A stretch of DNA of 64,000 nucleotides, taken from the NCBI GenBank assembly GCA_965261595.1, contig CBDHDG010000007.1, positions 992,001 through 1,056,000 of the forward strand. Reading direction: 5' to 3'. Position numbers and translations under genes: made by a program. Origin of the DNA: a bacterium. Lineage in GTDB: Bacteria > UBA8248 > JACPRG01 > G963555815. Positions 20,393 through 32,615 of this stretch are shown here, piece after piece. Under the pieces are notes generated by a model. It was not told the origin of the DNA. It did not search any database and worked only from the letters and a program-made list of their open reading frames with translations. Each line of letters begins with the position of its first letter. Position 1 is the first letter of the stretch.

Positions 20393-21074
20393 GTCTTCCA
20401 CGGTTTCCCTCGTCATTAACAGACTCGGGTGGAAGTTGTATATGCAAGAGGAATAATGGAACTTCACCAATTTTCTCTGCATACCTGCGCAAGGCCGTCA
20501 TAGACACTTGTTGATTGTCTCCGGGGATCTTTTCCTGAACTCCTGCAAAAGTCTCCAGAACCCCTGAAATCCCCCTCCCCCAATTACTTGACAAATCTTT
20601 GCCGATAATGGCATTCTTGAGCTGACTTAACATAACCTTGATCCTTGGATCTTTTGTTGCCTGATGAGGATCTATGGAAAACCACAAACAAGCCGCCTGA
20701 GACAATGATAGATTTTTGTGTTTTTGGTATAATGAAACATCTACCTCTATGGGTTCTTCACCTGGAGCTACAGTATCTGTGTGGATGCACTCATCGATCT
20801 TCTCGTCTAAACGTTCTACCTCGAGACGAAAAGGCGCCATCAACAAGTTCCATAGGAATGTTGGAACGATAGCTACCAATATGAATATGATAGCGATCAC
20901 AATATTATCCGTCATTTCTGAACTAGCCTTTTCTTCTTCTCCGATATAGCTGAGTAGCAAAATAAATATCGCAGGAACGAGAACCAACACAATGACGGTT
21001 CCAAGTGACAACCCAAAACTCTTCCACGTGTCAATACACGCTTTCTTAAAGATTCGCATGCAGCAAAAATACAC
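20358..21074 (-). CDS. hypothetical membrane protein (IS1595 passenger)
   Basis: AT-richer 238-aa ORF with two N-terminal hydrophobic segments, inside the TIRs. Confidence 0.65.
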   Translation of the reverse strand: MYFCCMRIFKKACIDTWKSFGLSLGTVIVLVLVPAIFILLLSYIGEEEKASSEMTDNIVIAIIFILVAIVPTFLWNLLMAPFRLEVERLDEKIDECIHTDTVAPGEEPIEVDVSLYQKHKNLSLSQAACLWFSIDPHQATKDPRIKVMLSQLKNAIIGKDLSSNWGRGISGVLETFAGVQEKIPGDNQQVSMTALRRYAEKIGEVPLFLLHIQLPPESVNDEGNRGRLKPPTPDKSDS

Positions 21075-21107
21075 ATGGGATCGGGCTTTGTCAAGGGCAT
21101 AATTCCG

Positions 21108-21332
21108 ACTCGTAGACCGAGGCTCTGACGTAGCGTTCCGGTTCCGGTTCCGGGGCCAGCGCAGTCTCGACCGTACGGGCGGTCCCTATGAGGGGGTAAG
21201 CAACAGTCGATCTCCGGTTGATAGTGTTGTCGTCATCTGCTGTCATCTCAGAATCTCCTCGATTGTTCCGTCGAACCAGTCAACGGGTAGCCATAAGTGC
21301 ACGGGTCATCCCCGCGTGGGCGGGGAACACTC
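21108..21332 (-). repeat. 225-bp inverted repeat, copy A (CRISPR repeat + phage DNA)
   Basis: Reverse complement of 33402-33626, identical by eye; 3 further matching bases at 19280-19282 beyond the IS1595 TSD. Confidence 0.95.
21302..21330 (-). CRISPR. single type I-E repeat next to leader (no array)
   Basis: GTGTTCCCCGCCCACGCGGGGATGACCCG, 29 nt, TCCCCGC/GCGGGGA stem, 83 bp downstream of cas2. Confidence 0.92.
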
Positions 21333-21413
21333 CAATTGCAAGCAATTGATATGCAGAGAGCTTACAGCTTGTAAAAGAGCTACCGAGCAATACACTCGAT
21401 TTGGCGACGCCAT
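21331..21413 (-). promoter_or_regulatory. type I-E CRISPR leader with IHF site
   Basis: AT-rich; TATCAATTGCTTG matches IHF consensus WATCAANNNNTTR just upstream of the repeat. Confidence 0.8.
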
Positions 21414-22632
<1,219 letters not shown>

Positions 22633-22636
22633 CGTC

Positions 22637-23235
22637 TCAGGTTCTGCGAATTAGCATCAGCCCGCAGCCGAACGCCCGCGCTCGGCCAAAGCCGGCGCCG
22701 AGCATTGAGAGGAAGGCGCCGGGCGCCTTCACGACCAGGATCCCCGTCAAGTCGAGCAGGCCAAAGGTCACGCGGCCTTGCCCGACGCGAGGAAGCTGGC
22801 GAACGGAGTAGTCCTCCACGCGTACCCGTTCGAGCGCGAAGCCACCTCGGTCCCCCTGTGTGGCGAGCCACTCGGCCGCGACCCGGTCGGCTATCTTCAT
22901 CCGCAGGCTGGGCCGCTCGCTCAGCCGATCGGAGCCGAGGACCGTCTGCCCCGGCGTGCGGTGCAGCGCATCCATCACGAGGTCGACGCCGCGCTCGGGC
23001 CTGCGGCCGCGCTCATTCTTCGGGACGCGCCGATCCTTCGTCGCGTTCGCCCGCAGGGCGAAGGAGAGGCGGTCGCCCGGCGCCAGAACGGGGGTAAATT
23101 CGCTCGTATCGAGCGGCCGGAACAGGCTCGATTGCGCTGGTGCGCGATGCGAGAGAATGTAGAAGCGCCCATTCCCGTCGGCGCGCCACAGGAAGTTGCG
23201 CGCAGCATCCTCGCCCGGAAACAGCGTCCAGATCG
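22637..23235 (-). pseudogene. cas6e: Cas6e (CasE/Cse3), 5'-truncated
   Basis: Open frame IWTLFPGEDAARNFLWR..GDRLSFALRANAT..GFGRARAFGCGLMLIR, lacking start codon and N-terminus. Confidence 0.88.
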
Positions 23236-23289
23236 AGAATTTCTTGCAGGACCGTGACCATCACTTTGCCGCACTTCGTCCCTTATCCT

Positions 23290-23565
23290 TGACACGCAAG
23301 CGCAGTCGATATGGCGATGCTGCGAATTGCCGGCGCAGATGTCGAGCTTCCGCCTGTCCTTGAGTCCGAATGTGTGCTTTCCGCGTTTCATCCCCGCCAT
23401 CTTGTTGGTTTGACTGTTGACGAGACCGAGACCGGCGTCGTTCCGGCTCAAGCGGATGTGGTCGCTCTCGCGAAGCTCGATGGAGGACATCTCGTAAACC
23501 TCGACCCCAGCGGTTCGTGCCGTGAGCCTGAACAACCGGCCCAGCCTCGCTATCGCGCCCACCAC
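23290..23565 (-). pseudogene. degraded conjugative relaxase-helicase (TrwC/TraI-like) fragment
   Basis: IELRESDHIRLSRNDAGLGLVNSQT...QHRHIDCA resembles the ELRxGDRIRWTRND..LVN..HxDHA helicase segment. Confidence 0.55.
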
Positions 23566-23612
23566 CGGAGGTCCTTGCTGTCACTTTACCGATTCCGAAC
23601 GCTTTTGGACGG

Positions 23613-26596
23613 TCATGCTTCCGACCCCTCTCTGACTTCCCGTAGCGCCCTGTTGAAAAAATGCCGGGTCGCCCGGTCGCGGGCCTGAGCATCACTCAGG
23701 ACGATGCTCTTCATCTCGTTCTCGCGCTGGAACATCTTGATGGCGCCGCCCTTGAAGAAGGCTTCGCTGAATGCTGAAAACACCACATCGGGCGGGTTGT
23801 TGCGCAGCATTTCGGTCAGGTCGTCATCCATGATTTCGCGGTTGACCCGCTCGAAACGGATGAAGTCCTCGCGGGTGAACGCCGTCCCGTGTCGGTCATT
23901 GAACGCCTTGATGATCTCGGAGAGGGAACGTTCTTCCTCTTCCGTGTACGGTTTGGCGGCGAACTCGCTGATCGGCGTGAGCGTCTCGGTGTCGCCCGGA
24001 CCGAGGGACGCCGCCCCTTCTTCCTTCTGCTCGACGCGGAATGCCTGGAGGCGAAGCATGTCCTCGGTGATCTCGATGTCGGCCGGGATTTCCCGGTTAG
24101 GCAACAAGCGGGACAGCCAGGCCGCGTAGGTGTAGAGCTTCTCAAGCCTCGTATCGCAGAGCCGTATGACCTGTGCCACGAAGCTGTAGAAGCGCATATA
24201 GCTCTTCAAGAGTTGCCGGAATTCCTCCCGCCGCCCCTCGTCGTCCTCCGCTTCGAAGCGGGCGACGGCATGGCGCACCAGACCTTCGAGGCGCGCCCGA
24301 TCATGCGTGTCGAGCGAGCCCTTGTAGAAGGTCTCGGCGAAACGGTCGATCTCGCCCTGGTCGAGGATGCCGAAGGTCTTGAGACGCGCTTCCAGCTCGT
24401 AGATCTGATTGGGGTCCGAGTTGGCCTCCAGGGCGGTTACCTCGTAATACGGTTTGAAGGCGGCCTGGATGTCCTCGATGCTGTTCTGGAAGTCGAGGAC
24501 GTAGGTACGGTCCTTGCCCGGATAGGTCCGATTGAGACGCGAAAGCGTTTGTACCGCCTGTAGCCCGGCAAGCTTTCGGTCCACATACATGGCGCAGAGC
24601 TTCGGCTGGTCGAAACCGGTCTGGTATTTCTCGGCGACGATCAGCACGCGATAGTCGCCGGTATCGAAACGCCGGGGCAGTTCGGTTTCGGAGAAGCCGT
24701 TCAAGGCCGCTTCGGTGTAGGTCTCGCCGTCCAGTTCCAGCTCACCGGAAAACGCGACCAGAGCCTTCACGTCGGTGTATCCGTTGGTGTCGATGTAATC
24801 GCGCACGCCGAAGAAATAGCGCAGCGCGTGCTCACGGCCGCCGGTGACGATCATCGCCCGGGCCTGGCCACTGAACTCTCCCATGACATGCCAGCGGAAA
24901 TGCTCGATGACGACTTCGACCTTCTGGCCGATGGCCGTCGGGTGGAGCGAGGCGAAGCGCGCGACACGGCGCTGCGCGCTGCGCCCTTTCAGTTCGGGAT
25001 CGTCCTCAATGGTTTTTTCGAGCTGATAATAGGCCTTGTAGGTCATGCAGTTCTGGAGCACGTCCAGAATGAACCCCTCCTCGATGGCTTGGCGCATCGA
25101 ATAGAGGTGGAACGGTTGCGGCAGCCCGTCCGCACCCTTGGCGCCGAAGCGCTGCAACGTCACGTTGCGCGGCGTGGCGGTGAAGGCGAAGTAGCTGATT
25201 TGGGTTGTGGCCCGCGCGCGTTCTGGTAATCGGCGATCAGATCCTCGATATCGTCGCTGGTCTTACCCTCGTCGCGCGTCAGGGCGTCGCTCATCGCCTG
25301 GGCGCTCTTGCCCGACTGGCTGCCGTGGGCCTCGTCGATAATGACGGCGAAGGTGCGTGAGCCCTGGCCCGACAGCGCCACAAGGTGTTCGGTCGAGAAC
25401 TTCTGGATCGTCGTTATGACGATGCGCGCGCCGCCCTCCAGCGCTTCCTTCAACTGCCGCGAGGTGCCGTCGATCTTCTTGACCACGCCCCTGGTCTGCT
25501 CGAACTGCGCGACGGTATTCTGAAGCTGGCGGTCCAGCACGATGCGATCGGTCACGATGATCGCCGAGCTGAAGATCGACTTGTCGGCATCGTCATGCAG
25601 ATTGGTCACTTGGTGTGCCGTCCAGCCGATGGTGTTGGACTTGCCGGAGCCTGCGGAGTGCTGGATCAGATAGTTATGGCCGGGGCCGTGCTCACAGGCG
25701 TGCCTCATCAGCTTGCGCACGGCGTCGAGCTGCTGGAAGCGGGGAAAGATCAGTGTCTTCCGCACTTCTGCTGAGCCGCCGGCGGTTAAAATCTCCGATC
25801 GTTCCAGATGGACGAAGCGTCCGATGATGTCGAGCAGCACTTCACGGGAGAAGACGGCCTTTCCCTCAGGTTGGTCTGCATACAGATAGGCGATGCGGAA
25901 ACCGCCTTCGATGTCGGGATTGCCGGTCCCGTCGTTACGGCCACGATTGAAGGGCAGGAAGCGGGTCTTTCCGTTGGCGAGCCGCGTGGTCATCGTAACG
26001 TGGTCCTCGTCCATCGCGAAATGCACGAGCGCGCCGCGCTTGAAGGTCAAGAGCGGCTCGCCAGCGGGAGAGCGGTCGTCCCGGTACTGCTTCTCGGCGT
26101 GGCGAAAAGTCGTGCCGGTCGGACGGTTCTTCAACTCGGCCGTCGCCACGGGTAGGCCGTTGACGAACAAGGCGGCGTCGATGGCGTTTTCCGAGCGCTG
26201 GCTGTAGCGCAGTTGCCGGATGACCGAGAGGAGGTTGGCCTCGTAGTTACCGACCAGTGCCGCATTCAACCCCGAGGCGGGCTTGAAGAAGCACAGGCTG
26301 AACCTGATGCCGGGGATCAGCTTGATGCCGTGGCGCAGCACGTCGAGCGTGCCGCGGGTCTTCAGGGCCTTCTCCAGTTGCTTGAAGAACTCGGCCTCGG
26401 CGGCGGTCGTGTACTGGGCCTCAAGCTTTTGCCATTCGCCGGGCTGAGCCTGCTTCACGAATTGCAGAACCAGCTCGCGGTCGACGGCGAGCGGCCGGTC
26501 GTAATCCCCCGGCTTCCGCGCGATATAGCCCTGCGCGGCGACCAGTCGATCGACGAGGTGTTGTTCGAGCGCGATCTCGTGGTGGGCGGTCTGCAT
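23613..26596 (-). CDS. hsdR: type I restriction subunit R (apparent frameshift near 25200)
   Basis: AELKN, QHSAGSGKS, TTIQKF, IDEAH, FTATP, KYQTGFDQP, QTLSRLNR. Confidence 0.92.
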
Positions 26597-26607
26597 GGTA
26601 TAGGCGG

Positions 26608-27651
26608 TTATGCGTCGCCCTCCGATATCGGCGCCCAAATCTGTTTCAAGGGCAGCTTGGCGCGGGTGCCGTCCGAAAGGTTTTCGTAGGACCGAAAGAG
26701 CGCCTTGAGCAGGTCGGGCATTTGCCACAGGCGCAGCTTGAAGAAGTTGTTGTCCAGCTCCTTCTGGGCGGCCGCGTTCACGCCGCCGATGCTGACCAGA
26801 AGGCCGGTTTGCGCCTGCGTGTTCGACACCGAGCCGATCAGCCGCAATACCACGCCGTGGTTGGCGGCACCGGTACCGGACTTGACCTGAACGCAGATGC
26901 GATCCTCGCCCAGGCCGAGCGTGCCGCCGGCCGCAAGGATGTCGACGCCCTGATCGGGACCGGGTGCCGACACGTTGGTGGTGTACCCCTCGACCCGAAG
27001 GATCTCCGCGACGAGGTCGGCCAGCGCATGGCCGGCGAATTCGGATTTGATCAAGGAAACGGTCTGCTGGTTGGCGATGTCCTCGATGTCGATCGCATAG
27101 TCTTCCGCATCGGCGGTCTCATCGGGCGTTTGCGCAGGCGTCAGGCCTTGCTTGCCCAACAGGGAGCCTGGATCCGTCCCGGTCTCCAGGACCGCCCGTA
27201 CCCGGTCCAGCGCCGCGTTGCGCTTGACCTCGCAGATCGTCATGAACGCGCTCAGCGAATGGCGCAGGTCCTGTTTGAACGTGTCGCGCGGCACAGATTC
27301 CTCGGACCAACTTACCGGACGGGAGTGCTTGTACGGATCTTCGGCACTGAAGACGTAGTTGCCCGTGACCTCGCCGATCGCGACGCCGTCCGTGAGCTTT
27401 CGGGGCATCACGACGAGATCGCCGACCTGTATCGTGTGGGCGAACTGATTGCGCTGCGCTGCGAAGTTCCGGAGCCGGTTGCGCCCCCCGTCAGGCATCA
27501 CCTCCTCAAGATGCTCCAGGATGGCGTCACGGTCGGGGAAGCGCCGCAGGTCGCCCACATCGAGAAAGCCGGGAAGCAATCGGTCCTGCTCGATGGCGGC
27601 GAGTTCGCGGTCGCCCTGCTTTCCGGCGCGGACAATCCAAAGACGTGTCAT
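26608..27651 (-). CDS. Mrr-like restriction endonuclease
   Basis: WIVRAG N-terminus; GPDQGVDILA..ICVQVK Mrr_cat motif. Confidence 0.85.
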   Translation of the reverse strand: MTRLWIVRAGKQGDRELAAIEQDRLLPGFLDVGDLRRFPDRDAILEHLEEVMPDGGRNRLRNFAAQRNQFAHTIQVGDLVVMPRKLTDGVAIGEVTGNYVFSAEDPYKHSRPVSWSEESVPRDTFKQDLRHSLSAFMTICEVKRNAALDRVRAVLETGTDPGSLLGKQGLTPAQTPDETADAEDYAIDIEDIANQQTVSLIKSEFAGHALADLVAEILRVEGYTTNVSAPGPDQGVDILAAGGTLGLGEDRICVQVKSGTGAANHGVVLRLIGSVSNTQAQTGLLVSIGGVNAAAQKELDNNFFKLRLWQMPDLLKALFRSYENLSDGTRAKLPLKQIWAPISEGDA

Positions 27652-28979
27652 GCGCTCGTCGCCTCCTCGATCTGATCAAGACGGCGGTCGGACGTCCCTT
27701 GATTGCTCCAGATCGATACGTCGATCTGACCGGTGACGGCGGCGGTAATCAGGGCAGAGCGGAATTCGCGGAGGCGGTCGATGGACCTCACGACAGAAGT
27801 CACGATATTGCGTGCTCGGTCAATTTGACGCTTTATAAAAGCGACGATCTCTAACTGCTCCTCCATAGGCGGGGCCAGCCCAAACAAATGGGCCAATCTC
27901 TCGCTCTTAATCCAGTCAGCCGTGGATCCTGATGCGAACAACCGCAAAGAGTGCTGGAACGAAGCAGACATCATAAGCTGCGCAAGAAAGTCATTCGTGA
28001 CCAGTTTCTCATTTGCTTGGAATTTTAGTATTCTCTGTGCGAAGGCAACATCGGTTCTGTCCACCTGGGCTATTTGACCAAGGGGTGCTTCCGTAGTGAA
28101 TATCACATCACCAATATTGGGTCGGCCGCGGTTGCTTAGTTTTATCCAGTCGTCTTCAGTCGTGAATTCTCGTGATCGTCCATAGTCGATTATTCCATTT
28201 CTGATGTTTCTAGCTGTGACTAAGAACACACCTGAATCAACTTTCTCTGGGGTTCGACCTCGATAATCTACTTTTGATGAAACGAGGCGATTGAACTTAC
28301 AAATTGTCCAGTGAGCAGGTACATTGCCAAACCAGACCATCCCACTTTCTTGGTATGACGACGAAGGGTTTAGACCCTTGCATACTGCTCCATCTCGAAC
28401 AGATTCCTGGCTAGCTTCCAACACCTCCACCATCCTCTGCTTCTTCTCGATCAATTGATCGATGCGAGCGGTCTCGCGGTCGAGAAAGTCAGCGATGGCT
28501 TTTTGGGTAGGGAGGTCGGGGAGGGGAACAGACAAATCGCCAAGCGTTGAAGGATTAATTGCTGGGTAACTAACTCCCGATGAGGCAGCAACAATCCCTT
28601 CAACAAATGGATGGGATTGAACAACTGAATACAGAAATCTGGGTTCTGATTCTGGTTTTGCTCTTAGAACCGCAAACCCTGTTGAAACAACTAAGTGCTC
28701 CGCATCCTCACCGATGCAGGCCACAGCTTTCAGATAGGTCCGGACAGTCGAAACTATGATATCATCCGATCTCACAAGTTTTCGGGCTCGACTCGGGGCA
28801 CTAGCAAAGGTCATGTGCACGCGGTCAGTTACACCAGATTCAAGGCTCACGTTACTGATATCGACATAATCAAATTCCAATTCCGGATCGGTAGATTCCG
28901 GGAGCACGTTAGGATTGAGTGAGCATGTGCGCTTCAGTGGGCGCAACATTTTTCCGGATGCTTCGGGCCAAAAAGTCAC
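27648..28979 (-). CDS. hsdS: type I specificity subunit S
   Basis: Two TRDs with conserved helices QKAIADFLDRETARID and LREFRSALITAAVTGQID. Confidence 0.92.
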   Translation of the reverse strand: MTFWPEASGKMLRPLKRTCSLNPNVLPESTDPELEFDYVDISNVSLESGVTDRVHMTFASAPSRARKLVRSDDIIVSTVRTYLKAVACIGEDAEHLVVSTGFAVLRAKPESEPRFLYSVVQSHPFVEGIVAASSGVSYPAINPSTLGDLSVPLPDLPTQKAIADFLDRETARIDQLIEKKQRMVEVLEASQESVRDGAVCKGLNPSSSYQESGMVWFGNVPAHWTICKFNRLVSSKVDYRGRTPEKVDSGVFLVTARNIRNGIIDYGRSREFTTEDDWIKLSNRGRPNIGDVIFTTEAPLGQIAQVDRTDVAFAQRILKFQANEKLVTNDFLAQLMMSASFQHSLRLFASGSTADWIKSERLAHLFGLAPPMEEQLEIVAFIKRQIDRARNIVTSVVRSIDRLREFRSALITAAVTGQIDVSIWSNQGTSDRRLDQIEEATSA

Positions 28980-31002
28980 GCCACCACCTCCTTCAAGAGC
29001 CCAGCAATCTCGGCTTCCAAGGTCTTTAGTTCAGCGTCAATTTCTTCGAGCGGACGCGGTGGGATATAGCGATAGAAGTACCGGTTGAAGTTGATCTCAT
29101 AACCGACGCGGCCGATCTCCCCATCGCGCGCGTCGCGGTGGTTCTCATCCACCCAGGCATCGGGCACGAAGGGTTTGACCTCGCGCTCCACAAACTCGCG
29201 CCAGTTTTCCTTGAGCGGCACCAGCTCATGATCGCGCAGATTGGTATCGGGCTCCGGATTGCCGTTCCTGTCGGTACAGATGTCGGCACCCTCATCCCGT
29301 TCGAAGAGCGCCGTCGAGATCGCCTTCCTGGCCGGCGCGCCAATCTTGATGCCTCCGGCCTTGAGCGCCCCGGCCAGCGCCTTGTCGAATTGCTCCCGAT
29401 TGGTGAAGGCCGGGCTCGGGAGCCGCGAGCCCAGAGTTTCCTGGATCGCCGTTTGCACGTTCGAGTCCAGCTTCAGGAAGGCCTTCTCCGCCTTCAGGCG
29501 TTCGATACGCTCCGGCGCCGCCTGGAAGTTCAGCCGCAAGGGCCGCTCGACGCGGACCTCCCGGTATCCGAAGTCGGTGGTGTCGAAGGTCTTGGAGAAT
29601 TCCCCGCACTCGCCGTTGCCGTTCAACATGTCGGCATAGATACGGATGATCTCCTTGCGCGCCACCTCGGGGATTTCCCGGCGCTTGGAGCCTAGGGACT
29701 TGCGCATGGATTGCCAGAATTGCTCGCCCGAGGCGTCGATCAACTGACCTTCCCGCGTCGAGGCGTCGGTTTGCGGTTGGTCAGCAACCACACATAGGTC
29801 TGGATGCCGGTGTTGTAGAACAGGTCGGTCGGCAGGGCGACGATCGCCTCGACCCAATCGTTCTCCAGCATCCAGCGGCGGATTTCGCTTTCGCCCGAAT
29901 TGGCGCCTCCGGTGAAGAGCGGCGAGCCGTTCATGACGATGCCGATGCGCGAGCCGGTCTCGTCGTCGCGCATCTTCGAAATCATATGCTGGAGGAAAAG
30001 CAGCTGTCTGTCCGAGTTGCGCGGCAGACCGGCGCCGAAGCGTCCTTCCGTGCCGAGCGTTTGCGCCTCTTCGCGGATCGGGTCCTGGTACTTCTTCCAG
30101 TCGACGCCATAGGGCGGATTGGACAGCATGTAGTGAAACGATTTGCCCTTCTGCGCATCGTTCGTCAGCGTATTGCCGAAGGCGATCTGCTCCGGGTCGT
30201 GGCCGGTCACCAGCATGTCCGATTTGCAGATGCCGAAGGACTCGCCGTTCAACTCCTGGCCGAACAGCTCGACGCGGATCGAGGGGTTGAACTCCTTCAG
30301 CGCCTGTTCGGTCAGCGCCAGCATGCCGCCGGTTCCGCAGGCGGGGTCATAGACTTGGCGGATGATGCCCTTGCCCGTCAGGTTGGTGTCGTCGTTGGCG
30401 ATGAGCAGCTCGACGATGAGGCGGATGACCTCGCGCGGCGTGAAATGCTCGCCCGCCGTTTCGTTGGAGATTTCCGAGAACCGCCGGATCAAATCCTCGA
30501 ACAGGTAACCCATCTTGATGTTGCCGACCCGTTCGGGGTGTAAGTCGATCTGCGTGAAGCGGTCGAAAACCTGCCAGAGAATGCCGCCCTCGTTGAGACG
30601 CTTCAGTTGTTCGGTGAAGAGAAACTTGTCGAGGAAGATGTCGCGGACATTGCCGGAGAACTTGGTGATGTAGTCGATCAGGTTGTCGTGCAGTTGTCCG
30701 GGGTCCTGAGCCTTCAGGCTTTCGAACGTGAAGGCGCTGAGGTTGTAGACCTTGATGTTCTCGCCGGCGGCGGCGAACAGGATCATGTCCCTGGTCGGGT
30801 CATCCACTGCTTCGGACAGCCCCTTGGCCGCTTCGAGGACATCCTGTTTTGTCGCATCAAGGAGGCAATCGAGACGGCGGAGCACGATGAACGGCAGAAT
30901 GACCTTGCCATATTCTGACTGCTTGAAATCGCCGCGCAGAATCTCCGCGATCGACCAGACGAAGCCGCCGAGCCCCCGAACATCGGCATTCGTCCCCGGC
31001 AT
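28976..31002 (-). CDS. hsdM: type I methyltransferase M (apparent frameshift near 29755)
   Basis: GEHFTPREV, YDPACGTGGML, SNPPY, FYNTGIQTY, VGYEINFNRYFY. Confidence 0.92.
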
Positions 31003-31196
31003 TACCTGTCTCCTTGTTTCTCTTGTCCTGCGGACTGGCGTTCGATCCACTTGTCGATCTCGCCGCGCCGGAACCGCCAAGCCCCACCGACCTTGAAGCC
31101 GGGGATCTTACCGTCGGCCGCGTGGCGGTAGGCCGTCTTCTCGGTCAGCTTCAGGTACTCGGCCACCTCGCGGATCGTCATGATGTCGCTATCCAT
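31002..31196 (-). CDS. HTH_17 excisionase-type DNA-binding protein
   Basis: MTIREVAEYLKLTEKTAYR..GKIPGFKVGGAWRF. Confidence 0.85.
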   Translation of the reverse strand: MDSDIMTIREVAEYLKLTEKTAYRHAADGKIPGFKVGGAWRFRRGEIDKWIERQSAGQEKQGDR

Positions 31197-31459
31197 GGGG
31201 CTCCCCATCAGACTATCGCCGTTTCGGGAAAATACAGGAAAATTACGGAACCGCAAAGGATGGTGCATCGATCCGAACTCAACCGGACGAGGGCATACTC
31301 GTGGTTTGGCTGGTGGCGAAAGGTCGAAGGGGTTCGGGGTCGGCTTTCTTCATTCGCCGCCCTTACATGTCGTGCTGGCAAACGTTTCCGGGTTGAGAAC
31401 TTCGACCGATCCGGCTTGCCGGCTTCAAAGGGGATAGCGGCTCACACACGTCTCACGGT

Positions 31460-32265
31460 GGCATTGTCACGTTAACAGCGTGGCTTCGGCACGGCCGGTG
31501 CTTTAGCGTCTCTGGATGTGCAAGATATCCTACCGTCGTCACCGCTTTCCACCGGTCATCATCCAGCATGCCGTCTGGCTCTATTGCCGTTTCACGCTGA
31601 GCTATCGGGACGTTGAGGACCTGCTTGCCGAGCGTGGTCTCGACATCTCGTATGAGACAGTTCGAAGATGGGTCTTGAAATTCGGTCGGGCCTATGCGCG
31701 GCGGATTCAACGTCGGCGGCCACGACCGACCGAACGCTGGCACCTGGACGAGATGGTCGTCGTAATTCGAGGGAGGCAGTTCTATCTCTGGCGTGCCGTG
31801 GACAGTGAGGGCGAAGTCCTGGATTTCCTGGTTCAATCCCGCAGGAACGCTCGGGCGGCAATTCGGCTGATGCGGAAACTCTTGAAGAAGCAGGGCTTCG
31901 CGCCGGCGATGATTGTAACCGATAAACTCCGCTCCTACGGCACCGCGATCCGTTTGCTTGCCCTCTCGGCTCAGCATGAGCAAGGCCTGCGAAAGAACAA
32001 TCGGGCAGAAAATTCACATCAGCCGGCGCGACGACGAGAGCGAAAGATGCAGCGGTTCAAATCGCCCGCGTCCGCGCAGCGGTTCCTCACCGTCCATGCG
32101 ACCGTCTACAACCTCTTCAACGTCCAACGCCATCTGGTCTCCCGCCGAACACTCCGCCAATTCCGCGGCGACGCGATGAGACAGTGGCGGCAAGTGACGA
32201 CCGTTGCATAATCTCCGGCGTCGGCGCCCACAAGCTGGTTACACGGTGGTTAACGTGACAACGCC
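31460..32265 (+). mobile_element. IS6-family insertion sequence
   Basis: 17-bp TIRs GGCRTTGTCACGTTAAC (1 mismatch); no TSD. Confidence 0.9.
31516..32211 (+). CDS. IS6 transposase
   Basis: YRRHRFP, LSYRDVEDLLAERG, WHLDE, LWRAVD, VTDKLRSY, NNRAENSH. Confidence 0.95.
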   Translation: MCKISYRRHRFPPVIIQHAVWLYCRFTLSYRDVEDLLAERGLDISYETVRRWVLKFGRAYARRIQRRRPRPTERWHLDEMVVVIRGRQFYLWRAVDSEGEVLDFLVQSRRNARAAIRLMRKLLKKQGFAPAMIVTDKLRSYGTAIRLLALSAQHEQGLRKNNRAENSHQPARRRERKMQRFKSPASAQRFLTVHATVYNLFNVQRHLVSRRTLRQFRGDAMRQWRQVTTVA

Positions 32266-32267
32266 AC

Positions 32268-32400
32268 TCTCGGGTATCCCCGTGCTCGAGGTGACCGGGC
32301 CGGACCCAGCCAGCCGAAGAGCCAAGGGCAAGGACGACGCCCTGGATACGATCTCCGCGGCCGAGGCGGCGCGCACAAGACGCCGGGTCCAGCCAGGCGG
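32268..32400 (+). pseudogene. IS110 transposase fragment
   Basis: GIPVLEVTGPDPASRRAKGKDDALDTISAAEAA resembles the IS110 ..RGKxDxxDA..AA segment. Confidence 0.55.
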
Positions 32401-32615
32401 GAACGGCTGGTCCCCAAGGTAGAGCTCACGGTATCGGCTCTCGGTCCAGATCAGGAGTTCGGACTCCCACACGTCGGCTAGGCCGACCGTGCGCCCTGAA
32501 TTCAGCCCCCTGGACTGCCCATGCCTGTCCCCGAGCGGACATTTCTGAGCGGCCCTGAAACGCCAATCGGCGCGCGCGGCCCCCGGCTTCCGGTCCCCCC
32601 GGTGGTGCGAGCGAC

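Larger units (their letters stand above)
19291..21107 (+). mobile_element. IS1595-family element with passenger genes
   Basis: Perfect 22-bp TIRs CGGAATTATGCCCTTGACAAAG (19291-19312 / 21086-21107); 8-bp TSD ACTCGTAG (19283-19290 / 21108-21115). Confidence 0.95.
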
